Positions 13,417 to 27,214 of a DNA stretch of 64,000 nt are shown in pieces. The DNA is from Mizuhopecten yessoensis (lineage: Eukaryota). The stretch covers positions 837,889-901,888 of the forward strand of contig NW_018403833.1 of NCBI RefSeq assembly GCF_002113885.1, given 5' to 3'. Positions within the stretch are counted from its first letter, which is position 1. The number at the start of each line of letters is the position of its first letter. Both the position numbers and the translations under genes were made by a program. Below the pieces are notes generated by a model that saw only the letters and a list, made by a program, of their open reading frames with translations, was not told the origin of the DNA and made no database searches.

Positions 13417-14224
13417 CATTCAGTTCTGTGTTATATGTTATTTCTATTTCCTTCTGTGATTTTTGTCTCAGAAATAGTCTCAGATATAAGTGTTGCTTTT
13501 CGGCTATTCATTTGAAAAAACTTGGATCATATATGCATCTTTGGTAGTACATCTCAACCCATGCATCAAATGCTGGATGCGGCCTACCTGTCATGGTCTA
13601 TTGACTTTGTCAGCATCTCCGTCAACATTAAGTTAAAAACTTAGTTTCTCTGATATGTGCATTGTTGGTCACAGCGGAGCATAGGCGAGATATATCAATC
13701 CGAATGGCTTGTTAAGAGAGAAAGGAACTTAAAACGTGCATTGACATAGAGAGGTTAGTGACTTTCCTTTATAGTCTCTTGCTGTAGATGGGAAAGTGCA
13801 GTGTAACTCTGTCAATTGAGACTTAATGGCCAACCTTTAATTGGTGATCTCTACTAAACTAAATTAAAAACTTTCCGTTCAAAAATTACATTATCATGGG
13901 AATTAAAAAAATGTCATTTGAGTGTCTAATCCATGCATTTTGTATTTCGTGTCTGATGTGAAACTTTGTGCTTAAAATGACTTAACTGTTGTATGTATTG
14001 GGCCTCGCAGACTTAAATGGTTATCAAGAAAAGTATTGGGTGCATTTTGTCAGCTCTATAAAGATATATGTAAGGAACAAATTGTGGAAAAAAAGCGCTT
14101 AGGGATGAAATGGCTACAGTAACACTAAAAACATGTGTTCTACAGAGTATACATATACTTTTACTGCTGCTACTGAGCCTTGGCAATTTATTCAACTCAC
14201 TTCCAATTGAGCTATTCAAGATTT

Positions 14225-17200
14225 GTAGATCTGGGTTCTACCAATTGAGCTGTTCAAGTTCTGGTTTCTACCAGCTGAGCTCTTCTAGTTCTAAGTTCTA
14301 CTAATTGAGCTATTCTAGGTATTAGTTCTACCAATTGGGCTATTCTAGATCTGAGTTCTACCAGTTGGGCTGTTCTAGTTCTTTGTTCTACCAATTGGGC
14401 TATTCTAGATCTGAGTTCTACCAATTGGGCTATTCTCGATCTGAGTTCTACCAACTGAGTCATTCTAGAACCGAGTTCTACCAATTGGGCTATTCTCGAT
14501 CTGAGTTATACCAACTGAGTCATTCTAGATCTGAGTTCTACCAATTGGGCTATTTTAGATCTGAGTTCTATCTATTGGGCTATTCTAATTCTGAGTTCTA
14601 CCAATTAGGCTATTCTAGATCTGAGTTTGAACCAATTGGGCTATTCTTGATCAGAGTTCTACCAACTGAGTCATTCTAGATCTGAGTTCTACCAATTGGG
14701 CTATTTTAGATCTGAGTTCTATCTATAGGGCTATTCTAATTCTGAGTTCTACCAATTAGGCTATTCTAGATCTGAGTTCTACTAGCTGAGTCATTTTAGA
14801 TCTGAGTTCAACCAATTGAACTTTTCTAGTTCTGAGTTCTACCAACTGAGACATTCTAGATCTAAGTTCTACCAACTAGGCTATTCTAGATCTGAGTTCT
14901 ACCAATTGGGCTATTCTCGATCTGAGTTCTACCAACTGAGTCATTCTAGATCCGAGTTCTACAAATTAGGCTATTCTAGATCTGAGTTCTACCAATTGGG
15001 CTATTCTTGATCTGAGTTCTACCAACTGAGTCATTCTAGATCTGAGTTCTACCAGTTGGGCTATTCTTGATCTGAGTTCTACCAATGTTGCTATTCTAGA
15101 TCTGGGTTCGACCCAATTGGGCTATTCTAGATCTCAGTTCTACCAATTGGACTATTCTCGATCTGAGTTCTACCAAGTGGGCCATTCTTGATCTGAGTTC
15201 TACCAGTTGGGCTATTCTTGATCTGAGTTCTACCAGTTCTACCAAATGAGCTATACTATATCTGAGTTCTACCAATGTTGCTATTCTAGATCTCAGTTCT
15301 ACCAATTGGGCTATTCTCGATCTGAGTTCTACCAACAGTCATTCTAGTTCTTTGTTCTACCAATTGGGCTATTCTTATTCTGAGTTCTACCAATTTTGCT
15401 ATTCTAGATCTGAGTTCGAACCAATTGGGCTATTCTCGATCTGAGTTCTACCAACAGTCATTCTAGATCTGAGTTCTACCAATTGGGCTATTCTAGATAT
15501 GAGTTCTACCAAATGAGCTATTCTAGATCCGAGTTCTACTAATTAGGCTGTTCTAGTTCTTTGTTCTACCAATTGAGCTATTCTAGATCTGAGTTCTACT
15601 AATTGAGCTATTCTAGTTCTTTGTTCTACCAAATGAGCTATACTATATCTGAGTTCTACCAATTTAGATGTTCTAGTTCTTTGTTCTACCAATTGAGCTA
15701 TTCTAGATCTGAGTTCTACTAATAAGGCTGTTCTAGTTTGTTCTACCAATTGAGCTATTCTAGATCTGAGTTCTACCAATTGAGCTATTCTAGTTCTTTG
15801 TTCTACCAATTGAGCTATTCTAGATCTGAGTTCTACTGATTGAGCTGATTCATTCTAGATCGGAGTTCTAACAATTGGGCTATTCTAGATCTGAGTTCTA
15901 CTAATAAGGCTGTTCTAGTTTGTTCTACCAATTGAGCTATTCTAGATCTGAGTTCTACCAATCGAGCTATTCTAGATCTGAGTTCTACTAATTAGGCTGT
16001 TCTAGTTCTTTGTTCTACCAATTGAGCTATTCTAGATCTGATTTCTACCAATTGAGCTATTCTAGTTCTTTGTTCTACCAATTGAGCTATTCTAGATCTG
16101 AGTTCTACCAATTGAGCTGTTCTAGTTCTTTGTTCTACCAATTGAGCTATTCTAGATCTGAGTTCTACCAATTGAGCTGTTCTAGTTCTTTGTTCTACCA
16201 ATTGAGCTATTCTAGATCTGAGTTCTACCAATTGAGCTATTCTAGTTCTTTGTTCTACCAATTGAGCTATTCTAGATCTGAGTTCTACCAATTGAGATGT
16301 TCTAGTTCTTTGTTCTACCAATTGAGCTATTCTAGATCTGAGTTCTACTAATTAGGCTGTTCTAGTTCTTTGTTCTACCAATTGAGCTATTCTAGTTCTG
16401 AGTTCTACCAATTGAGCTATTCTAGATCTGAGTTCTACCAATTGAGATGTTCTAGTTCTTTGTTCTACCAATTGAGCTATTCTAGATCTGAGTTCTACTG
16501 ATTGAGCTTATCTAGTTTTTTGTTCTTCCAATTGAGCTATTCTAGATCTAAGTTCTACTGATTGAGCTGATTCATTCTAGATCTGAGTTCTACCAACTGA
16601 GTCATTCTAGATCTGAGTTCTACCAATTGGGCTATTCAAGATCTGAGTTCTACCAATTGGGCTATTTAAGATCTTTGTTCTACCAATTGGGCTATTCTAG
16701 ATCTGAGTTCTACCAATTGAGCTATTCTAGATCCGAGTTCTACTAATTAGGCTGTTCTAGTTCTTTGTTCTATCAATTGAGCTATTCTAGATCTGAGATC
16801 TACCAATAAGGCTGTTCTAGTTGGTTCTACCAATTGAGCTATTTTAGATCTGAGTTTGACCAATTGAGCTATTCTAGTTCTTTGTTCTACCAATTGAGCT
16901 ATTCTAGATCTGAGTTCTACCAATAAGGCTGTTCTAGTTTGTTCTACCAATTGAGCTATTTTAGATCTGAGTTTGACCAATTGAGCTATTCTAGTTCTTT
17001 GTTCTACCAATTGAGCTATTCTAAATCTAAGTTCTATTGATTGAGCTGATTCATTCTAGATCGGAGTTCTACCAATTGGACTATTCTAGATCTGAGTTCT
17101 ACCATTTGAGCTATTCTAGATCTGAGTTCTACTAATTAGGCTGTTCTAGTTCTTTGTTCTACCAATTGACCTATTCTAGATCTGAGTTCTACCAATTGAG

Positions 17201-17780
17201 TCATTCTAGATCTGAGTTCTACCAATTGGACTATTCTAGATCTGAGTTCTACCATTTGAGCTATTCTAGATCTGAATTCTACTAATTAGGCTGTTCTAGT
17301 TCTTTGTTCTACCAATTGACCTATTCTAGATCTGAGTTCTACCAATAAGGCTGTTCTAGTTTGTTCTACCAATTGAGCTATTTTAAATCTAAGTTCTATT
17401 GATTGAGCTGATTCATTCTAGATCGGAGTTCTACCAATTGGGCTAGTCTAGATCTAAGTTCTACTGATTGAGCTGATTCATTCTAGATCTGAGTTCTACC
17501 AACTGAGTCATTCTAGATCTGAGTTCTACCAATTGAGATATTCTAGTTCTTTGTTCTACCAATTGAGCTATTCTAGTTCTTTGTTCTACCAATTGGGCTA
17601 TTCTAGATCTAAGTTCTACTGATTGAGCTGATTCATTCCAGATCCAAGTTCTACCAACTGAGTCATTCTAGATTTGAGTTCTACCAATTGGGCTATTCTA
17701 GATCTGAGTTCTACCAATTGGGCTTTTCTAGATCTGAGTTCTACCAATTGGGCTATTCTGGATTGTAGCTCTACCAAATG
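14225..17780 (+). repeat. 30-bp minisatellite, about 118 copies, two main variants
   Basis: Units ctaccaattgagctattctagatctgagtt and ...ttctagttctttgtt; they largely alternate as a 60-bp dimer at about 15990-16490. Confidence 0.98.
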
Positions 17781-18684
17781 AGCAACAGCTAAGCTAGGTC
17801 ATATGAAGAGGGAAGCATAGGGAGACACTGCCAGAAACACAGAATAGGAAAGTGAGAAGAGAAAAGATATAGATCCAAGCATTGAATGGAGGCAGCAGAT
17901 CAATTTAGTTTTCTATTGTCCACATAGCAGAAGATACCGAAGAAAATCCTTGATTCTCTTACGATATCATGCCGTGTGATACAGCGGGCGTATTCTTCCC
18001 CTGAAACTGCTGGGGCATTGAATTGTGTAAGTGGAGCTATATAGACTTATTGATATACCCAAGGGTGTTTATATAGGTATTCTTGACCTGGGGCCACCTC
18101 CTGTACATATCAGTGTGATGGTGGCCCAATCACCCATAGGACACTGTTTATCTGGTAATGGTCTAGTGAAGCAAGTTGCTATCGGAAAAAATCAATTAAT
18201 TGGGCGGAAAATGTACAACAAGGAAAGCATACGGGCGGTTAATGGAGGAACATACAGTACCTATAGAGTTGTTTTCACAATAAACACGGATCAGCCTTCA
18301 TACCTCTCAGACATGCCACATATTTCACATTCTATCAGGGTCGGGCAATACGATAAGCTGCTAGGTCACATTATATTTTCATTACGCAATTTACTGAAGA
18401 CTTGCTTCTTTTATACACAAGACTGATATATTTTTTTATCGGAGTAGTGAATTTTATGGGTTTGTGTACATAACTGATGTTCAGGGTTTAATTTCAAGGC
18501 TTATTTCAGTAAGAGTTGAGATAAATTGAACACAGCTGTGACAGGTTCATCCAAAACTTGTAATGTGTAAATGGAGGTTACTAAACAGATAATGGTACAG
18601 GAAAGATTCACCAATCTGCACTCCCTCTACCCAGGTCAGGTAGCTCACATAGAGGACAACTCTGCCTTAAAGGGTGTGTTTGTA

Positions 18685-19081
18685 CTGTATTTACCATAAT
18701 TAGCACCCAGGAGACTTCAAAAATAATCTGACAGGGTGGACAGGGAGGAGGTTTGTTTTACTTTCTTTAATCTCCTATTAACAGCTAAGGTCATTTAAGG
18801 ACATTGCCAGGGTGGGGGGGAAGAGGATGGGGACTTATTAAGTAACAAAACATAGGTTGTGATAGTAAATGCTGTAAGGGTGAGATAATTGTCGGACACA
18901 TTCCAAGGGAGAAAACAAATTGGTTGCTCTTGTTACAACCTGAGACAGTAGAGTATGATATAAAGTATATAGCACTATGTTTCATAACCACAGAAGGTGA
19001 GAATGGAGATCAATTCAGAAAGTGTCCTGAAAAGGAAAGGGTTGCTTTTAAGGTCATGGGTGCTAATTAAAGCAAATAAGG
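18685..19081. mobile_element. Tc2-like MITE, about 397 bp, TA-flanked
   Basis: Left end ta|ctgtatttaccataattagcaccc; right end gggtgctaattaaagcaaataagg|ta (imperfect 24-bp TIR). Confidence 0.7.
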
Positions 19082-19631
19082 TATAAATAAAGCGAATGAA
19101 AAAGCCAGAGAGAAAAAATTGTTTGCAGACAGTCTCAATATTGTGTAGATTTTTGCTAACAACCTGTCATGTTGTATAAGCAGTTACCATGTTAGACTGG
19201 CTACCAGCCCCTAAGTTTTTATGCAGGATTTCTCAACTGCATTTTACTACTAGCTTATCTCCCCCTAGTCTAGAATCAGACATCCAAGTGATCAGAATTG
19301 TTATTAAGAGTTGATTTTTTTTCTAAATGATTCAATATTCTAGAGACGGGGGCCAGTCTGTTACCATATTTGCCTTGATTAATGTCCCTCAACCAATAAG
19401 CACTCCTCATGGTTGTAATGCACTTGGTCCTGGAAATGATGTAAGTGCCCACTTTCCCAAACACATTGTGTATCCTGACCGGCTGTGGTTACCTATATAG
19501 AGTGCTAGTAATATTCACCAGAACGGACCAGGTGGAGGTAACTTATAAGGTATGACTTGAGCCTGTTGATTATGGCTGTACTACAGTGTTTTAGAAGAAG
19601 AGCAGACAACTCTCCCTGGGAACGTATCCAA

Positions 19632-20384
19632 CTGTCACACTGCCTCTAAGTAGGATATCTGCCATAGCTTGTGTATTGTTACGCTGCCTCTAAGTAGGAT
19701 ATCTGCTATAGCTTGTGTATTGTTACACTGCCTCTCAGTAGGATATCTGCCATAGCTTGTGGATTGTTACACTGCCTCTTAGTAGGATATCTGCCATAGC
19801 TTGTGGATTGTTACACTGCCTCTTAGTAGGATATCTGCCATAGCTTGTGGATTGTTACACTGCCTCTTAGTAGGATATCTGCCATAGCTTGTGTATTGTT
19901 ATGCTGCCTCTAAGTAGGATATCTGCTATAGCTTGTGTATTGTTACACTGCCTCTCAGTATGGTATCTGCCATAGCTTGTGTATTGTTACACTGCCTCTA
20001 AGTAGGATATCTGCCATAGCTTGTGTATTGTTACATTGTCTCTCAGTAGGATATCTGCCATAGCTTGTGTATTGTTACACTGCCTCTAAGAAGGATATCT
20101 GCCATAGCTTGTGTATTGGTACACTGCCTCTAAGTAGGATATCTGCCGTAGCTTGTGTATTGTTACACTGCCTCTCAGGAGGATATCTGCCATAGCTTGT
20201 GTAATGTTACACTGCCTCTCAGTAGGATATCTGCCATAGCTCGTGTATTGTTACACTGCCTCTCAATAGGATATCTGCCATAGCTTGTGTAATGTTACAC
20301 TGCCTCTCAGTAGGATATCTGCCATAGCTTGGGTATTGTTACACTGCCTCTAAGTAGGATATCTGCCATAGCTTGTGTATTGTT
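19632..20384 (+). repeat. 44-bp minisatellite, about 17 copies
   Basis: Consensus gttacactgcctctaagtaggatatctgccatagcttgtgtatt. Confidence 0.97.
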
Positions 20385-20684
20385 AGCATAATAAATGCAC
20401 CACTCCAGACAATTTCTGAAGCACCCGAGTGCTTATTACGTACTAAATGGTATTAAGATGATGAGAGTGTGGAGTTGGTCTAGTGTACTACTGTCAGCAG
20501 GGGTTTTATGTAGGTTATTTATGTAGTTTTTCTACTCCAATTCATGGTATTAGGTTTCTCAGCATTGAAAAACGACACTTAAGGACATAAATTTAAATTC
20601 CTGTATAATAATCTCAAAGATAATGTTAGAAAAAAATTAGTCAGCGAAATTATTTGGTTATCTACATCCTGCAACATATGTATA

Positions 20685-20852
20685 CAGTGAAACCTGTCTA
20701 ATATGTGTTTTGAGTATTCTGACATCCTGTTTAATACAACATATTGCTTTAATCATTTTTCTTATGAAAACTACTGAAAAAGACACCTATATTTTGATAT
20801 CTTGTGTAATATGTTGTGTGTCACACAGGGTGAAAGATTAGTCAGGTTAATA
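20685..20852. mobile_element. pogo/Tigger-like MITE (about 167 bp), same family as 38155-38320
   Basis: ta|cagtgaaacctgtctaat left TIR, internal tgagtattctgacat, and degenerate right TIR cacagggtgaaagattagtcaggtt. Confidence 0.6.
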
Positions 20853-22100
20853 GTTGAACTGATGAGTATCCCTAAGGATGTCAAATTAGACAGGTTAATT
20901 GAACTAACAGGTTAAATTAAGTATCATGTGTCTCCCGCATGGTGTCAGATTAGACAGGTTAATGTGACATGTATATGTCCCACAAGGTGTCAGATTAGAC
21001 AGGTTAATTTGACATGTATGTCCCACATGGTGTCAGATTAGACAGGTTAATGTGACATATATGTTCCACATGGTATCAGATTAGACAGGTTAATGTGACA
21101 TGTATGTCCCACATGGTGTCAGATTAGACAGGTTAATGTGACATGTATGTCCCACATGGTGTAAGATTAGACAGGTGCATTTGACATGTATGTACCACAT
21201 GGTGTAAGATTAGACAGGTGCATTTGACATGTATGTCCCACATGGTATCAGATTAGACAGGTTAATGTGACATGTATGTCCCACATGGTGTCAGATTAGA
21301 CAGGTGTATTTGACATGTATGTCCCACAAGGTATCAGATTAGACAGGTTAATTTGACATGTGTGTTCCACATGGTGTCAGACAAGACAGAATAATTTGAC
21401 ATGTATGTCCCACATGGTGTCAGATTAGACAGGTTAATTTAAGTTAAACAAGTGTGTCCATCAAGGTTATAGATTAGACAGGTTAATTTGACATGTGTGT
21501 TCCACATGGTGTCAGACAAGACAGAATAATTTGACATGTATGTCCCACATGGTGTCAGATTAGACAGGTTAATGTACAGACATGTGTTCCTTAGGATGTC
21601 AGTTAAGACGGGAAAAATTATGTAACATGCATGTCCCACAGCGTGTCAGATAAGGCAGGTCAATTTAACATATATGTGTGTTCCATAGAGTGATAGATAA
21701 GACAAGTTAATTCAATTTACATGCATGTCCCACAGGGTGTCCGATAAGACAGGTTAATTAAACCAACATGTATTCCACAGGGTGTCAGTTAAGACAGGTT
21801 AACTGTCCTCAATCCTCAGGGATAGCTCTGGATATTGAGGATGAGGATGTCTTACAAAAGATATTAGATAAGACAGGTTAATCTGACATTTTGAGTTTCA
21901 CAGGGTGTCACATTAGACAGGTTTATCTTATTGACATGTTGGGTCCTACAGGGTATCAGATTAGACAGGTTAATTTAATTGATATGCGTGTCCCACTGGG
22001 CAGGTTTATTTGGCATGTTTTGTCCCACAGGTTGTCAGATTAGATAGGTTAATTTAACTGACATGTGTGTCCCACAGGTTGTCAGAGTAGACGGATTAAT
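20820..22100 (+). repeat. 43-bp minisatellite made of the right TIR of the adjacent MITE
   Basis: Unit gtcccacatggtgtcagattagacaggttaatgtgacatgtat; its attagacaggtt is the reverse complement of aacctgtctaat in the left TIR at 20691. Confidence 0.92.
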
Positions 22101-22173
22101 ATATTCATTATGTTAAAGTTGACATTGTAAAGCATTGTGATTAAACTTTTCAACCAATAAAAACAAATGCGAT

Positions 22174-22527
22174 CATCCTCAATATCCAGGCGTTACGCTC
22201 ACTTTCGCTCTCTACACCCCTGGAATAGGTCATAACAAATTTGAAGGCACCAAGATAGCTTTTTGATTGGTCTTAGGTGAAAAAAACTGACCAATTGCTA
22301 GGCTGATACCTGTCCTTTGAAGATTACAAAGGAGAGACACCCGACTTCAAATCCTGTCAACTTTTACCACTACGTGACCGCGAGATTCTTTTGATGTACA
22401 TTAAAGGATCAAACTAGTCTTCTTGTCTCATCAACAAGGTGGTGCACACTGAGCCTTCAGTTTTACTATGACATATTCCAGGGGTGGAGAGAGCGAAAGT
22501 GAGTGTAACCCCTGGATATTGAGGATG
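22174..22527. mobile_element. Complete 354-bp MITE with about 60-bp TIRs and a 9-bp TSD (Mutator-like)
   Basis: catcctcaatatccagg...cccctggaataggtcata is inverted to tatgacatattccagggg...cctggatattgaggatg. The exact TSD aaatgcgat lies at 22165-22173 and 22528-22536. Confidence 0.9.
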
Positions 22528-25230
22528 AAATGCGATATAATGCAAAAATATGTCCATAACTTTCTGCTGCCATTTATTGCAAGAGTTGGGTGTGGTGATA
22601 TACATTATATGTTTTGGTTGAAAGAAGGTATCTGAATTGATGATCGATTCTTCTTAAAAATTCATGCGAAAATAGATATCTTTCAAAAAGAGATTACGTT
22701 TTAAAACAGAACTTGTCTTGTTGTGGCGTACTTGTAAATGAGACAGTATTTTGGATAATGTGTATAATGGTAATTTGAGGGAAAGTATTTATAAATATCA
22801 TGTCATAAGCACTGGTTTGATTCCACCTCAAGTTCCGATAGACTTACGAATGAACGGGTAACGAAAAGGCTGAACTAATAAATGTCAGAAAAAACATGAG
22901 GTAATAATTGGAGTTTTGAAAGAATGAAAAAAAAAAGGAAGAGGAATCGGAACGTAAAACACATGAAGTGATTAGAGAGATAATTTTATTATTTCTGCAA
23001 CATAAAAGCTTGGGTGGGGAGCAATAAATTGCTGTTATTTGAGCCTAGTCATCTAGACAGTTGTGTTTTTGTAGAATTAAATCTGGGGAAAGCTATGTCG
23101 GTAGAAATCATTTATGGTTGTTGCCACCAGTAGAGGGTTTTTTCGAGTACATTTTATCGTGTTCCAAATAAAAAATATGTAATTGGTTACTTTATTGGAT
23201 ATTCAAAACTTGCAATACTCGGGGGAGGAAATATCCAGAAATGTTCACGGTAATGTAGACGGGTATTTCAAAAAACCACAAAAACAAAACTACTACCAGA
23301 GTAGAGGTTTTATTTGTTTCTGTGTAAGAAACATTAAATTACGAGTATCTATTTAGCATATTATGATCAAACAGCACTCCGAAGGTGAGTTCCCATACTG
23401 AACGCCTCATATCATAAAGTAACTATGTAAGTATGCATCATGTATAAATACGAGGTGATTACCTGTCATAAAAATAGATAGCTATTAGCCACTGGCTGTG
23501 TGATCAGGCGGCTGCCTCCAACATCTCAATGAAAACATGATTAGTTCGTAAAAACGCTATTTGTACGATTGATAAAAAATTCTGTGCTATATTTAGTGTG
23601 GAATTCGAAAGATGCGAGTCTGGGCCGAGGGGAAACTTTTGATGTTGAAACATCCCAATACATATATACTATAGATTTAAACATACGGATGTTAATTGAT
23701 ACTGTACAATATATACAGCATCTGGGGTAATATATTCAATTACTTCTTTATTTCAGTAAAATGTATAAAACCATGGAAAGAAATTATATACACATCATAC
23801 AAATGCTTACTAAGTTGTGACATGATTATAATTTCCTAACAAAAAAATGAACCTTGGGATTATCTTTCATCTTTGTTGAGACCCAAATGTGTGGATTGAC
23901 AATTGCAACAACTGTGGTTCCTTCATTTTTGTAAATTTTCCAAATGTCAGCAAAAAAATATTTGAAGGCTAACATTAAATTACCAAAATACATCAAACCT
24001 TTAGTTCAAGTTATAGTATTTTTCTTCAGAAAGACAAAAGACTCTTATTGTTATAATCTTTATGAATGAAATTATCAAGTTCCAAAAAGGAGAGTATGGC
24101 TGTGCTCTATAATAGGGTTAGTGAGTAAGCAGGATAAAAACCTATTTTTAGACTTAATGTAAGACATTTGTGGTAGAGTTCAGGACGTGCACTCTGTACA
24201 TTGATTGAGGGGTTGTTGAACCAGCTTTTGGGCCTAATTTAATAGCATCATTAGAACTTATGTTGATTGAGTATAATATCTCAGTGATGAGATTTAATTA
24301 TTAAGTTTGAGACCAGAGATACAACTTGATGCTCAGTGGGAGGCAAGTACAACTGGAGTATCACACTGACATTCTGAGGTAGAAACCTCACAATGCTGTT
24401 GACCTACTCACAATTTAATATATTCTTGCTTGGTTTATATCCACTAAATCTCTTAAGTGTCTAGGCCATTGCTAAGATTGAATAAAAACTGAAAACCACA
24501 ATATGTGGCGGAACTTCAAGGTAACTAATCAAGATTTGTTGGGATTCTTTATTGAGACGATGATTTTTAATATCAATATAGGTCTATCCTGTGCTATCAG
24601 CGGTTTGAAAATATTGAAAGGCAGTGAAATTGGAGCCCCCCCACTTTAACTTGGGATTTAAGGTCTGGTTATTATTGGTACTGACAGTGACCGACCCTAT
24701 GACAGATAGGCGAATCTTCGGACAAAAACTGTCTCCACAGCTCTGGTATAGACGTGGTCTCCGCAGTGGTGACATTCAAAACCACTTTAACTTATAGCTA
24801 TCCAATTCTGTCCTGGTAAATGCAACCTGTTGCTAAAGTGGTAGAGAGATATTGCTAAAGAAATTATCCTTTTATTATACCATGTATTAAATTAAGAAGT
24901 ACATAGATATTGTACATAAAGAAATATCAATATTGCCATTTCTATAGTATTGGAGACTATGGGGGCCATACTAATGGATGGAGTGGTTTGGGTACCTCGA
25001 TTTGACATGATGCCCATAGATCAATCTCAGAATCAATGAAGCAGTTAGGTTTTGTCAGGAATACAATAAACTGGCCCCAGGTCTATAGAATCTTGAATTG
25101 ATGAAGAAAAATGAGACTATTATAATTTTTAATCTTTTGCATGTATGGTTCTGGTTTCGAAATAAGGGGAGATAAGCCAGTAAAGGAAAGCTGGTCCAGG
25201 ATATCGTTGATGGATGTATGATGCAGGATG

Positions 25231-25322
25231 TTAAACTCATTCACCCCTGAAATTTCATAATAAACTTTTCCAACCGTTGAGTTGGAAGAGTTCAAATGTG
25301 TCTTCCGGGGTGAATGAGGTAA
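25231..25322 (+). mobile_element. About 90-bp TTAA-associated foldback mini-MITE (piggyBac-like), copy 1
   Basis: ttaaactcattcacccctga ... ccggggtgaatgaggtaa; homologous to 53245-53334 and 53438-53543. Confidence 0.75.
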
Positions 25323-27214
25323 TAGGTGGTGGGTTTTTTTCAGGAAAAAAATATTATTGTAGGGGGAAATAAGCTAGTAGTATGCAAGCCAGGAAATTCT
25401 TCACAAAAGCTGAGAGGCTGGTAGCCAGTCTGTGAAAGATAGCATATTAGATCTGTCTGCAATTCTGTCCTCTGTTAATTCTAAACGTAAATTTCATTCT
25501 GATCTCGGAGGTTTGCCTGCATGCATTTAAATAAAAAATGTTTTATTTTTTAAGTCATGGTTATATGTTTTGAATTTGTTTCATGTAACTTTATTGCTAT
25601 CAGATTACATTTTGTAATTGTGATTGAGCTGCTGAAGTTAACTTTTGAGTATTCAAATGTTGAGGAGAAGTTCAAAGTTCACAGACATGTTTTACTCCAA
25701 GAAATTGCAATAAAGTATTTATTAAAAATGGATGACTCTTTAAGTGTTGGGGTCAGATTACAATTGTTGAAGACTTGAGTTCTTCCCCTCATGTATATGG
25801 CCGTTCTTTCACGAATTGGATTTTTTGTCCCTTCACGACACGATCTCTGTTGATTCGGCTGGGATTATATCAATTCTTGTCACCTCTGCTGGGATATCTT
25901 TTTAAATGGTCGACATTCATGTTGGACATGACTTTACATAAATATCAAGTTTCAAATGGTGGACAGTTGATGTCAGTCATCATCTATTTCACACAGATGG
26001 ATATAATTTCACACCAAGTTTATAACTCCCAGTGATTAGTCTATAACCTGGGGCCCTCTTCTTCAAAGTATGATCAGCTTATATAATTAATCGGTCATTC
26101 CGTAAAGTTTCAAATCCATTTCATTGGAAATTATTCCACTTTACTTTCAAAAGATTTTTGTGTTTCTTGCCTATAATTACACTTTTTAATAATTACACTT
26201 TTTAATTACAAAGCATATCATTTCAGTTTTGAACTTTTGAACTTCAAGTATTTTGGAAAATAGACTTGGTGAACGATTTAGTTAAGTTTAATATTAAGCT
26301 GACCAGGATTTTAACTGTTGGACTTGGGGTAAATAAAGATGCTCTTTTCTTGTGGAAGCTTGGTTAGTTTATCATGAACGCAATACAAAGTTTCAAAATT
26401 GGAAAAGGATTAAATCTGTGACTAAATTCACCTTTATAATGGTTTCAAAGGATCTGCATTTACAAAGGGACAAAAACCAAAAAAAGGTGTTTTAATTATG
26501 AATATTTCGAATTTATTTTGTTAATTCAAGTTAATATGTAAAGTTGAAAAAGCAGTAAAAGTCTTTGTCCTTAACGAGACAGTAGCAATGCTAGGTGTAG
26601 GGATGTCCAGACAGACAAGATTTATACCCGTTCAGCCACTGATTTATGCATACCTGGCATGGCGTTCCTTTAACGAGGTGAGCCGGTGGTCAAGGTAAAG
26701 TAGCCAGGCAGGTAAAAACTCATTGTCCAGAATCTATTAAACACCAATAGGCCGGTGATGGATGGTTACTATTTTTTTCAGAAGGGATATAAATTGTAAT
26801 GTTAGCCCTCCAACTAAGTGGGAATGACAGATTATAGCCCACACAGTATTGTACGTCCAGTCATCTTTGTTTGGGTTCTGTCCAGGTTATCCCTGAGGTA
26901 TGGCGGCTAGAAATATCCCTGAACTAACATTTGATAACATTTACTGTTAATGACATACAACTTTTGTCAGGTGTTTCTCCAAAGTGTTTTTTTATGTCCA
27001 GATGATGGTCACTCTCTGGAACATGATAGGTGGGAGTAAGGACAACAGCAATTGTCTCACAGATCTGGTCCAGTCTCTGGTTACTTTACACTGGACGTGA
27101 ACTTGTTCATGTTGCCACTAATTGTCTGTCTGTATGAAGTATGTTTCTGTAGACTTGAAAGTTAAAAGGTTTAAAGCAATACACTGACCATTTGATTGTT
27201 TAAATCAATTTAAT

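Noticed and set aside
14013-17010. Repetitive ORFs (GYSRSEFYQL / VELRSRIAQL, coiled-coil-like)
   Set aside because: They are translations of the 30-bp minisatellite on both strands, with frequent stops and frameshifts.
17900-18426. 131-aa + strand ORF, and minus-strand PMG...YVD motifs suggestive of an RT
   Set aside because: The ORF has no recognisable domain, and two short motifs are too little to call an RT relic.
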